A stretch of DNA of 64,000 nt, taken from assembly GCF_030684315.1 (NCBI RefSeq), contig NC_081385.1:21481247-21545246 (forward strand). Reading direction: 5' to 3'. The notes under the pieces were generated by a model. The model was not told where the DNA came from. It made no database searches and worked only from the letters and a program-made list of their open reading frames with translations. The DNA is from Stegostoma tigrinum (lineage: Eukaryota). Shown piece after piece: positions 51,901 through 62,727 of the stretch; within the stretch, counting starts at the first letter, position 1; the number at the start of each line of letters is the position of its first letter. The position numbers were made by a program, and so were the translations under genes.

Positions 51901-53820
51901 ATGCGTCACTCTCCTCCTTCACCCAACATCTCGCTACCCTCCTTCACTTGGTATTTGAATCTTCTCGTCACTCAGCATTTCACTCTCTATTCACTTCGCA
52001 ACTCACTTTCTTATTGACTTGTCTTCTCACACTCATTTATTTGGCATTTAACTCTACTTCACTTGGTGTCTTGCTCTCTTTCATTCAGCATCTCACCTGA
52101 ACCCTTCTCCCAGCAACTCACTCCCTCCTTAACACAGCATCTCTTTCCTTTATTTAACAACTTGCCCACATCTGATGTTAGGCTCACTGTTCTATAGTTC
52201 CCTGGGTTTTCCTTAACATCTTTCATATATAGTGGAAACCACACTAGACAATCTCCGGTCTTCTGGCACTTCATTTGTGGCTATGAATCATACAAATATC
52301 TCAGCAAAGAGCCTAGCAATCACTTCCCTACTTTTCTACTTCCCGACCTTCCCACAGGTCCCAGGGATTTATCCTTCTTTAAGGGTTTTAAGCCATCCAG
52401 CACCTCCTCCTATATAACATGGACATTTTTCAAGATGTTGCCATTTATTTCCTCACATTCTATATCATCCATATCCTTCCCCACAGTTATCACATATGCA
52501 AAATACTCCTATAGCATCTCACCCATTTCCTCCAGTTTCACATATAGACAGCCTTACTGATCTTTAAGGGGCCCCACTGTCTCCCTAGTCACCCTTTTGT
52601 CCTTTATACATATTTATAAAATCCAATGGATCCTCTCTAACCTTATTTGTCAAAGCTATCTCACGTTCCCTTTCTTGCCCTCCTGATTTTCCTCTTAATT
52701 CGTTGTCGATTTTCACTCAGAATCTGGCTCTCCACCTTAACTTGGAATTTTGTTCTTCCTCCTCTTCATAGCATCTCTCTCTCTCTCCACCATCACTCAG
52801 CATCTTGTTCTCACTCTTCACTGGGTATCTCGCTCTTCCCTTCACTCGGTGTATGGCTAACCCTTTTCATTTGGTATCTCACTCTCCATCTTCATTCCAA
52901 ATCTTTCTCTCCTTCATTTGGCGTTCTGCTAATCTGCACTTGGCATCTTGCTCTAGCCTTCACGAAGCGTTTCACTCATCCCCTTCACTCTTGCCTCTCA
53001 TTCTTCATCAGTTGACATCTCATACTCCTTCACATGGAATGTCATCCTCTCCTTTCATTTGCTGTTTTAAGATCCTTTACGCAGCAACTCCCTCCCTCCT
53101 TTCATTGGGCATTATGTGCCCCACTACAAAATGCTTCACATTCCTTTCTCTCAACATCTTGGTCTTCTTCACTCACTGTCTGGTTCTCCTTCACCAGAAG
53201 TCTCACACTGTCCCTATTGGCTTGTGTCACTTTCCCATTTACTCAGCATCTCACTCAACGCATCGCTCTTCATCGCACTCTTCCCCCCATCCCCTCACCC
53301 CCACTTTCTTGGTGTCTCACTCTTCTTCATTCAGTGTCTTGCACTCCTACACCATTACCTTCCATCCAGCATCTCACTCTCCCTCATTCTAATGTCTCAC
53401 TCTTCTCCTTCACCTGACGCCATGTTCTCCCTCTTCAGATGGAATCTCATTCTTCCTGTTTCACAGAGTCTCTCGCTCCATCTTCACTCTGCATCTTGCA
53501 TCTTGCTCTCCTTCTCTCGGATTTTTGCTCTCCTTCATTTGACAACTCCAGCTAGCCTTCAGCTCGGTCTCTTGCTTTCACCTTCACCTGGGTTCTCATT
53601 CTCCCCCATCCCATTCTCCTTCACTCAACGCCTCATCCTCGCCTTCACGTTCAGTCTTGTTCGCCCTCTATTGGATGCCTCACTTTTCCCATCTCTGACT
53701 GGAAGCCTCACTCCAATTGTCGTCCGGGGGGGGGGGGGGCATCTCCCTCCTTCAGTTGACGTCTTACGCTCACGCTCTCTTCCCCATCACTTAGTGCCCC
53801 GCTCCACTTCTGCAGCTCAG
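49000..53820. repeat. About 4.8-kb pyrimidine-rich degenerate satellite, interrupted by a CR1 fragment at about 52150-52700
   Basis: Recurring CACTCAGCATCTCACTCTCCTT-like units; strong C/T strand bias; produces many spurious S/L/F/H-rich ORFs. Confidence 0.85.
52150..52700 (-). mobile_element. CR1 ORF2 fragment inside the satellite
   Basis: KENPGNYRTVSLTSDVGKLL motif on the minus strand. Confidence 0.75.
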
Positions 53821-54039
53821 CCGTGATATTTCTTTTCCCCTTGGGTGTCTGGAGACGCTGTGGGAGACAGAGAGGAGTGGAGACTGAGAGCTTGTGGTCT
53901 CCAGGGGACCTGGTTCTCCTTCACCCACAGAGGAACTGGAATGTGGTAACACTGATCAGACTTTGTGGAATGTCATCATCACTAACTGCTGGTCATGAAC
54001 ATGAAACATCATTCTTTGCGGGTGTGGGTGTGGCCACTG

Positions 54040-54420
54040 ACGAGAATTAAGCCCGTTCACTTTCTAATTTACACAGCCATCGACGCCTACCACCACTGGA
54101 GGTGCTTGTCTTTTTACGACAGTGCGGCAGCGGTGGGCGGGGCCCCGTCGTAAAACCTTCCGTCGGGCGAACAGGCCTTGCCGGCCGCCGGCGATGCTGC
54201 GCACGCGCGTTCTCGGTGCCGGCTTTAAAGCCGCCGGCGTGTTCATTGCTTGCAGCCGGCTGTCCCGGGGTTTTGCTTCGTGTCTTCGTTCCCGTCACTC
54301 GGCCTGTCCCAGCTTCCAGGCCCGGCTTAGCCGCAGCGAGCAGGAGCCGCTGTCTCCCAGCTCCGGCCCGCTCCTCTTAGCCCAGTCTCACGCCGCCATG
54401 GCCGTCCAGAGTATGGCCAA
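54040..54420 (+). promoter_or_regulatory. REXO2 CpG island / promoter with GC box
   Basis: Sharp rise in GC and CpG content over exon 1; GGGCGGGG at 54135-54142. Confidence 0.75.
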
Positions 54421-54445
54421 GAGGATGGTCTGGGTGGATCTGGAG
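54194..54445 (+). CDS. REXO2: REXO2 exon 1 (putative mitochondrial presequence plus [16 protein letters not shown])
   Basis: ATG 54194 opens an Arg/Ser/Leu-rich leader; second ATG 54398 in GCCGCCATGG; donor GAG|gtaaag. The 3' part is secure; the upstream start is inferred. Confidence 0.85.
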
Positions 54446-57400
54446 GTAAAGCTTGCCCCTACCTCAAACTCAACCCTAGCCCCAGCCCCTACTCACTCTA
54501 ACTCGCTCCCCAGCCTGTTAGGGCTTTCTAATGGTAAATTTAATGTATCCCTGGGGAACAGGAGGGAACACCTCTGCATCGCCCTTACCCACATTTGCAA
54601 ACTTTACCTGCTGTTTTGCAAAAGATGATTTCGTTTTGGCGCAGTTGTGAATAATCCTGCACCTTTAACTCGTCCAGACTTTTACGTGGTTTGTGTTTCT
54701 TTTTTATTTTTTGCACTCCAACCCCGCCTAAATGTGGCCTGAGTGCGGTCGTTTCCAGAGACTTGCAGCAAATGCTGGTTGCTCTGCCACGTTTCTATTT
54801 TTTTTCTTCTAAACTTTGCAGCAATTGTCTTGTGCTGTGTATAATTTGGGGAGTGGGGGGAAAGGGAGAGAGACAGTAGAAACACCTTAGCTCTGATGAA
54901 GGGTCTAGGCCCGAAACGTCAGCTTTTGTGCTCCTGAGATGCTGCTTAGCCTGCTGTGTTCATCCAGCCTCACATTTTATTATCTTGAAACACCTTAGCT
55001 GGTGGTTTTACTAGATCAGATTTAACGTTGGGAATGCTTGGTGGTATGGCATTTGCAGCATCTGTGCTGTGCTAGTGAATGAGAGAGATGATGCCGGTTT
55101 ACGGAATGGTTTTTCTACAGTGAGCTGTGGCTATGCTGTTGTTGTACTTGCTGGACTATAGTGTGGTTTTTTTCTTGTCCCAAAAAAATTAGTAACTTGA
55201 GTATGCAAACCTGATCAAATCTAGTGTGATGCTCAAGATCTATGCAGGTTTTTCTGCTTGGGTGGGAAATTGAAAGCCTACAGGTAGGAAGTCTGCCTGT
55301 TTGGCAGACTTTGCTGTAGAGTAGGTGGTGTTTGCAGGAAGGGTTGTGTAGATGAGATTTGTCTTCTATGGCTTGTGCACTCTCTTCAATAGCTTATCTT
55401 CACTTCTGAGTGTATCTGATGAAATCTTCTGTTGTGCTTGGTGCCTTCCTGAAAGGGCCTTCTCCCTTTTATAGGTCTGTTACAAGTCTGGGTCTGGAGG
55501 TTTGACCACCTTTCCAGAAGGTTTCAGGACATGTGCTTTGACTATATCAATCTAGTGCAATCAATGCTGTAGTCTTCAGATTGACCATAGTCTTGATCTT
55601 TGATATAAAGGTGCAGGTACCTAAAGAAGTTTTACATGGTGCATTTTTAGAATTGACTTTGCTTTAAGTTTTGTTGATGCAGCCTGTTTTAAGTTTCTCG
55701 CTAATTTTTTTTTGTACAGAGCTGTGTTCCAAGTTGCATAGAAGTGACTGATGTGTAGAGAACCAGAATAATGCTTTGCCTATTGTAATATAGAGCTTCA
55801 GGATTTCCAAAAGTTTGCTGTTCATTAACAGCATATTGCAGTTGGGACTGTACTTTTTTCTTATTGTGGCTTTTTATAAAAGGACGAAAAACAAATGTGA
55901 TCTGACACTTTTGCTTTTGTCTCTAAACAGATGACTGGATTGGACATAGAAAAAGATAAAATCATAGAAATGGCATGCATTATAACTGATGCGGATTTGA
56001 ATATTTTAGCTGAGGTAAGATGCCTTAAAGTTCTAGGAAAGAATCTATTTTAAATTTTGGATATAGATATTTAAATTTTAGACTTTTGTGTAAAGCAATC
56101 ATTTTCTTTCTATTAGGGTCCACACTTGATTGTCAACCAACCAAATGAGCTATTAGATGGCATGTCAGAGTGGTGTACAGAACATCATGGAAAGGTATAT
56201 TACTGTTCACTATTTCAGATTTGTACACAAGTCAAGAATTGACAAGCATGTCTGAAATGTCAGTTCTGCCCATTCCTTAAAGAACAGTTTGGTACAATGT
56301 GGACTACATGTTCAATATAGGGGTTGCTTGTACATCAATCTTTCTGTCCTTGAAAGATGTTAAATTGTGAAATGCTTATGTAACATTTCAATTTTTCATG
56401 AACATCTTTCCTGCCTCCAAAGATTCACTTGCAATCATCTTGGTGACTGACTGCACTTTAGTAATATCCTTTGCAGTGTTGGGATCGAATGTTAATGACT
56501 TAACTCTTCAGTCTTTGTATATTTAAAGAGGAGCTTGTGGAAGAATATGCATGCTTTAGTTTTATAGAAGTCAGTTGTTGAATTTGTGGGATATTTAGGG
56601 GAGCAAAATTTGATGTACTGTAATTGAATGAAGATGGATTGCTCTGAACTCTTTATTAAATGTACCATTAGTTTTGTTCACATAATGGAAGCTCACTGAA
56701 GTTGACATCTTGATATAGATAAGGTGCAGTGCTGGATGAACACAGCAAGCCAAGCAGCATCAGAGGAACAAGATAGATGAGGTTTCGGGCCGAGACCCCC
56801 CCTCCAGGAAAGAAGGGTCTAGACCCGATATGTCAGCTATCCTGCTCCCCAGCTGCTTGGCCTGCTGTGCTCCTCCAGCTCTGCACCTTGTTTCAATTCT
56901 GCAGGTCCTACTATCTCTGAAACAATGAGTATAGATGTTGCAGTTCACAAAAAGACAGTCCCCCACACACACAAATTTACCTTTACCTTGAGCCATAGAC
57001 TTTCAATCACTGCATGTTTTGTCTAGGGGGTGGTGGTTGCAAGGGGATGTTGGGGTTAGGTGGTAATCTGTGGGCATCATTAAGGAACTGAGGTTTTGAA
57101 ATGCTCACTGCAGAATTTTCGCAATAGCATGAAGTACAATTTAGTTGTATGTAGTGAAAACAGAATAAAGACTAGGAATAGGGGTGAGGTGATTGAATAA
57201 AAGAGCTCACTTCACAATATATTACAAATTACTGATTACTTTTCCTCCATTCTAAAACTCTCTTTTGATCAAGAGAGCACCTTTTTTAAACTTCAGCTGA
57301 CTTTAGTCACCAAGTAAGATTATAACTTCAGTTCCATGTATAACAGTGAGAATGCAACAACATCTGCTATGGCAGAACAGGTGCCTGATGCAATTTCTAG

Positions 57401-60400
57401 CACAGTACTGTGAGACATTACTGTTGAATTTGCCCTATACTAATGCCAAGTGCCCATGGCCTTGTGGTTTGTTACAGCAAACAGTGCTGAAGCATCATAC
57501 AATTGCACTTTATTTTTATTCTTGTAAGGGCAGAATGTATGAATTTTGAATTGCATCTACACAGACCATAATCTTTATTCACCAGTGTGAGTCTCTTTCC
57601 TGAGGATTTTACTTTTTTCTTTCAGCTGTTGGGCTGAGGGTATTGCTGCAGAGGTAGCATTTTATTGCCTATCCCAAATTGCCCAGTGGGCAGTTCAGAG
57701 TAAACCATGTTGTGGATCTGGAATCACATAGGCCAGACCAGGCAAAGTGAACCAGATGAGTGTTTCTGACAATCGACAATGGTCATTAGACTCTGAACTC
57801 CAGATTTTGTGTTCTTGTTCCTAATGGAATTTGACCCCAGACCTGAGTCTCTGGATTTGCAGTCCAAGTATAGCACTGCTAGGCCTTTCTCCCTTGCACA
57901 CTGGGAGAGATTTTGATCATGCCTCTAAAATTTATTCAAATGTATTGGAAGCAAGCATAAAAGACACAGATTTAGGGAGCAAAGCATTAAGTTGAATTTG
58001 AAGGCATAACTCTAATTTGGGATTTTCATTATGCAAGAGAACCATATTAACAATGTGAAACGTATTTTGTTTTTACTTTGCAGTCAGGCCTCACACAGGC
58101 TGTGCGGGATAGTAAGATCAGCCTGCAGCAAGCAGAATATGAATTTCTCTCTTTTGTACGCCAGCATACCCCGCCAGGCCTCTGTCCTCTTGCAGGTAAG
58201 AGAGATTCAAATAAGGTATTGTCTTGAGTTTCTTTGTAATATTGGTGCTTTAGTGTACAAGTCCCTGAAGGTGCAGCACAGGTAGGTAGGGAGGTGAAGA
58301 CCTGTGGTATGCTTGCCTTCATTAGCTGGTTTGGGGGTGGGGTATAGAATGTAGCAGCAAGGAAGCCTTGTTACAACTTCAAACTGCCATAGATGGAATA
58401 CAGTTTACTGTCTTGGTTGCCTCGCTTTTTCCTTCCTTTCTTTGAAGGAAGTGATTTAAACTAGAGGGGGTGCTGTGCAGTATCAACAATGTTGCTGTGA
58501 TGAGAAGCCTCTTATGAGGATAGGCTGGGTTTGTTTTCTTGGAGCAGAGGTAGCTGAGCCAATGATTCAACTTGCAGTGTACAAAATTGAGAAGTGTAGA
58601 CAAGAGATTGAGAATCTCTTTTCTCCAAGGCCAAAGAACTTAAGTTGAAGTGAGGAGCAAGTAATTCAGGAGATGAGATTATCTTCACCTAGAGGGTGGC
58701 AGATTGAGGCAACATGTTGCCTGAGGGGGTAGTGGAGGCATGTACTTGAGCAACACTTGAAGCCTCTGGATCAGTCATTTAAAATGCTTGGGCATAGTGC
58801 ACATAAATAAGACTAGTGTAGTTTGTTGGGCAGCATAGAGATGATTGGCCAAAGGAGCAGTTTTGTATGGTCTGTGATGCTTTAAATATTTAGGCATATT
58901 TAATGACACTAGCAAGTATTAATTTGTTTGACATGTAAAGACCAAAGGATCACTGAGAATGGGCAAATGAATCAAAGTCTAAGGATTTTTCTTTAGACAG
59001 AATTGTAATCTGCATTTTCTCAACAACTAGCCTGCTCATAATTGGGTGATTTCATATGGACTTTTGTGGTGTATAAACAGGAATATACAATTGCATGAGT
59101 TTGACCTTCAAGATGTCTAAAGACCATTCTGAAGGTGCAGGTGTAACAGGAGAATCATAGTACAAATGTTTTATTTCTAGGCAATTCAGTCCATGCTGAT
59201 AAAAAGTTTCTGGATAAATACATGCCACAGTTCATGAAGCACTTGCACTACAGAATAATTGATGTTAGTACAATCAAAGAATTATGCAGGTAAGATGTTT
59301 TTTAATCAGAAGTCTGGCTTTACTCTAACAGTAACTGTATTTCAATGTGAAGAGTATTTCTAGCATCTTGAGTATTCTGTACTTAATAGTACTGAATTTT
59401 TGTTTTTGTCTTGGTGGCTTTATTAGACGTTGGTATCCAGATGAATATGAAGATGCACCAAAGAAGAAAGCATCGCACCGGTGAGTGGTGCCTGCCATTG
59501 CTAACTATGTTTGAACATGCAAAAACAGTTTATTTGGAACCTCTTTTAATAGAGACTTCAGTTTCAAATACAAACTTATAGATATGGATTCACTCAGCAT
59601 TTTAAGAGGTTGAGTTATCAATGCCTGGTTCTTAACAGTTAAAGATAACAAATCAGGACAGCATTTTTCCATTGAAAGTGCAGTATTATAAATGACAGCA
59701 ATCTAACTAGCACTGAAAATGCTGGAGAAATTCAGCAGGTCTGGCTGCATCTGTGGAGATTTCTGAAGGAGTGTCATGAGATTCAACATTAACACTGTTT
59801 TGCTCTTGCCTGAGTTTCATCAGCTTTGCTGTAGCACTTATCCTTTATTTCATTTCCTTGACTTTGTATGTAATTGTTTCTGTTTTGGCTGTACCTTTTG
59901 TAGCCTTTGTCTGGAAGGGCACAGGCTTTTGAATGGAAGATCTTTGTGGTATTGTTGACCTTTGATTTGTAGTTGAAAGTAGGCTAACCTGGACAAACTG
60001 GAAATGGAACACAGAATGAACAGGGTTTTCTTTTCTGTTTGAACAGATGACAATGACCTCAAACCAGGTTGCCCTGTCAACAATCATGGTATAGTCTATA
60101 CCATCAGGGAACAAGTGTGCCTTTTGTTGACTGTCATCTTTTAGAATTGTCCTGACATTTGTGACATTGACTCAACCATCTTATTACCTCAAGCACTAGC
60201 AACCAATGTGCATACGTTTAATTTTGTGGTTTTTTGGTAACTTTGCCACACAAGCTAACTCTGATCCTTAAATTGATCTTGTTGTTGTGTGTTTTTTTAG
60301 AGCATTAAATGATATCCGTGAGAGCATCAAAGAGCTGCAGTTTTACAGAACACATATATTTAAAGAAACCAAGGCAGATGAGAAGAAGAGAAAAACTCAT

Positions 60401-60436
60401 CTAGAAAATGGTGACAATAGCAAGCAAGAGAGCTAG
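54194..60436 (+). CDS. REXO2: Oligoribonuclease, mitochondrial/cytosolic (DEDDh exonuclease), whole gene span, 7 exons: 54194-54445, 55931-56014, 56117-56194, 58084-58195, 59181-59289, 59427-59480, 60301-60436 (825 nt, 274 aa)
   Basis: Spliced product contains [16 protein letters not shown] (ExoI), [13 protein letters not shown] (ExoII), [17 protein letters not shown] and [14 protein letters not shown] (ExoIII); all introns GT-AG and in frame. Confidence 0.97.
54889..54924 (+). ncRNA. Minimal type-I hammerhead ribozyme motif (Penelope terminus-derived), REXO2 intron 1, sense
   Basis: agct-CTGATGA-A-GGGTC-TA-GGCCC-GAAA-CG-TC-agct: both core boxes, helix II, palindromic ACGT helix III and GUC triplet are present. 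Confidence 0.7.
54893..54986 (+). mobile_element. Short Penelope terminus insertion flanked by a 14-bp direct repeat (probable TSD)
   Basis: GAAACACCTTAGCT at 54879-54892 and 54987-55000; the insert matches the 3' terminus at 3831-3922. Confidence 0.8.
55931..56014 (+). CDS. REXO2: REXO2 exon 2
   Basis: cag|[28 protein letters not shown]|gtaaga. Confidence 0.96.
56117..56194 (+). CDS. REXO2: REXO2 exon 3
   Basis: tag|[26 protein letters not shown]|gtatat. Confidence 0.96.
56715..56920. mobile_element. Inverted pair of Penelope termini (hairpin element) in REXO2 intron 3
   Basis: aaggtgcag.gctgga.ga.cacagca.gccaagcagc ... gctgcttggcctgctgtg.tc.tccagc.ctgcacctt. Confidence 0.7.
57625..57890 (-). 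mobile_element. DeuSINE-like SINE
   Basis: Reverse of the 2361-2715 family (cagcatt.ttattgcc; tctggaatcacataggccagacc). Confidence 0.6.
58084..58195 (+). CDS. REXO2: REXO2 exon 4
   Basis: cag|[38 protein letters not shown]|gtaag. Confidence 0.96.
58245..58880 (+). mobile_element. Old CR1 3' fragment in REXO2 intron 4
   Basis: Degenerate ttatgaggataggctggg.ttgttttc.ttggagcagag and CR1 tail. Confidence 0.6.
59181..59289 (+). CDS. REXO2: REXO2 exon 5
   Basis: tag|[36 protein letters not shown]|gtaag. Confidence 0.96.
59427..59480 (+). CDS. REXO2: REXO2 exon 6
   Basis: tag|[18 protein letters not shown]|gtgagt. Confidence 0.95.
60301..60436 (+). CDS. REXO2: REXO2 exon 7 (last coding exon)
   Basis: tag|[44 protein letters not shown]. 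Confidence 0.95.
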
Positions 60437-60627
60437 GACAAAAGGACTGACATCTACAAAGCTTATCCAGAAAACTGTCCCTGTTTACACTTTTTTTTGC
60501 TCCCAGTCACGTGTTGGACACTTGAAAATAAGATCTTTTCTGACATGTAATGTTTAAAAGCAGTATCTCTAAATTTATTTCTGTTGTGTTTTTAGCTGCT
60601 TTAGTTACAGACTTCGCTCAAATTTGT

Positions 60628-60633
60628 AATAAA
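60628..60633 (+). terminator. Candidate REXO2 polyadenylation signal
   Basis: AATAAA about 190 nt after the stop, followed by a T/GT-rich tract; alternative AATAAA at 61100-61105. Confidence 0.5.
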
Positions 60634-62489
60634 GCCAGGTTTCACTTTTTTGTTTCTTCTAGTTGGAGTCTTTGGCCTGTGAAACAACACCACAACAGTG
60701 TGAATTTAGAACACAGCTGCTTTTTTATTTCACATTTTTCCATATAAATGCATAATAATTCTGGCAATTTTTCTGCTTGAGTTTCTAATTCAATTCCAAT
60801 TTCCATCACTGGTTGATTAAGAATTGTATGCAATTCAGTGTTTATTACTGCACATAGTGTGACTTTCTCTTGTTTTTGTTGCTGATTTCAAGCTGCTGCC
60901 TAATCAACTTGCCAGAAACTGGTTTAATGTTTAATCGTGTGTTGAAATAGTGTACATAGCACTGTGGAATGAGCAGTCCTGATTTAGCTAACAAATATTG
61001 TAAACACTCCCTGTTAACTTGTTCATTATCCTCAACTTCTGTTAGCACAATGCCATGAAATTTAAAAATCTAACCTCGAATGCACTTATTTTTATTCTAA
61101 ATAAACTCTGCCTGTTAACAGCAAAATCATTGTTTTTTTTTAAAATCATTCCAAGGTGCTTTGGAGGAATCTGTAATTTTGAGTACAAGGATCTAAGTGA
61201 CTGGAAGCCTGATCATACTTTCTGTGAAGGGGGGAGGTCGGGGGGAGAAGGGGCAGAGGTTAAGGGGAATTTGATCTAGGGCACTAAAAGTGAATTGACA
61301 GGGTCTACTTAGCTGCTTACCAAAATCTGGTTTCATAATGGCATTAGTTGTTTTGCTACTGATCTGATTGTTCAGATCAAATGTCATTTTGAAATGTGTC
61401 TTATTTCAGTTTTATCCTCAGGTCTGGTTTTGCTTTTGAAACTTTGCTTTAAGGATATGTCATTAGCATCAACATTGGTTTGATTCTGTCTCTCTACAAA
61501 ATTGCCAGCTTTTTCCTTGTTTTCTATGTAACCCTGGCCACTGACCAGTTGTGCTTTGGTAAGGCCATCCCAATCCATCTGCATGGCATCTGAAGTAGTT
61601 GGATGGTTGTTTCAAAATATGGTAGCTTAATTTGAATTTTAAAGATAAAGCTAGATTTTATAATGCTCTTTATTTTTCAAAGTTCCAGTATGGATACCCT
61701 TAATCATGAGGGAAGTGAGTTTACATTTTGGGTTTAGATGTTTTGTAAGCCTCAAAGTTTAAAGGCCACTTTGTGTAGTTTTTTTAAAAAACAAACTATG
61801 ACAATTCATCTAACATGGGGGGGAAATATCTGTGTCCTAGAATTTAAAAACTGGGCACCAAGCCATTTTAAGGTTGTTGGAAATGACCTGGCTTTTGGTT
61901 AGCAGAAGGTCCCTTTTTTAAATTAGAATGGTGAGATTTAAGGTGGAGCTTCAGACATTTGTTAGGAGCAACAGAAGGCTTTGACAGGCTGAGCAGCAGA
62001 ATTAATTCTGGTTGTGGCTGTCCTGCAGACTTGTGAAGCTAAGTTTCAAGGGAACAGGCAGTGGACTTGGAAAAATTTTAAAATTTGAGGCATATTTTCC
62101 TAGTTAAGTGATCAGTATGACTTTCAGCAATAGGATTTGGAACATGCAGCAATGTCTTGGATGCCCTTAAGTTCCCCTACATATGGAATGCAACAAACAA
62201 CAGGACAAGATTGTAATGTAATTTCTATTCCCCGCTTTTCATTTATTGTTGCTTTGTTTGCCTTTGTTACAGTAAGGAGTATTTAACCTGATTGTTAGAA
62301 TAGGAGGTGACCATCTGGTTTGTCAAGTTTGCTCTGTAGTATGGCCATAGTTGAACTTGGGTGTCAACCTCTCAATCCTTTAATTCCATGAGAGACCAAG
62401 AATCTATTTGTTCCAATTTTAAATGTATTCATTGGTGATTCTGCAACCTTCTGGCACTGAGATCTCTAAAGACTGTCAATCCTTAGACT

Positions 62490-62727
62490 CACTACATGTA
62501 GAAATAGGCCCTTCAGCCCAACAACTCCATCCTGCCCCTCGGAGCATCCCACCCGGACCCATTTTGCCCTATAACCCACACGTACGCTGCAAATTGGACT
62601 GTGGAAGGAAACCAGCAGACACAGAATGTGCAAACTCCGCACAGACAGTTACCTGAGGCTGGAATTGAACCTGGGTCCCTGGTGCTGTGAGGCTGCAGTG
62701 CTAACCACTGAGCCACCATACCGTGCC
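62490..62727 (-). mobile_element. HE1-type shark SINE
   Basis: Reverse of ggcacggt.tggtggctcagtggttagcactgcagcctcacagcaccagggacccaggttcaattcc. Confidence 0.8.

Noticed and set aside
49000-53820. CRISPR-like repeat array
   Set aside because: Eukaryotic context; degenerate contiguous units with no constant repeat and unique spacer pattern; no cas genes.
46174-53826. Many long plus-strand ORFs (up to 290 aa) rich in S/L/F/H
   Set aside because: They arise in the C/T-rich satellite, which is depleted of stop codons; they overlap in all frames and show no domain signal.
54122-54628. 168-aa ORF as a single-exon protein
   Set aside because: It starts at GTG and runs through the REXO2 exon-1 donor (54446) into the intron; only the portion up to 54445 is coding.
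60301-60320. REXO2 ExoIII HRALND versus human HRALDD as catalytic loss
   Set aside because: The catalytic His and the Asp five residues later are retained; the Asn replaces the adjacent position.
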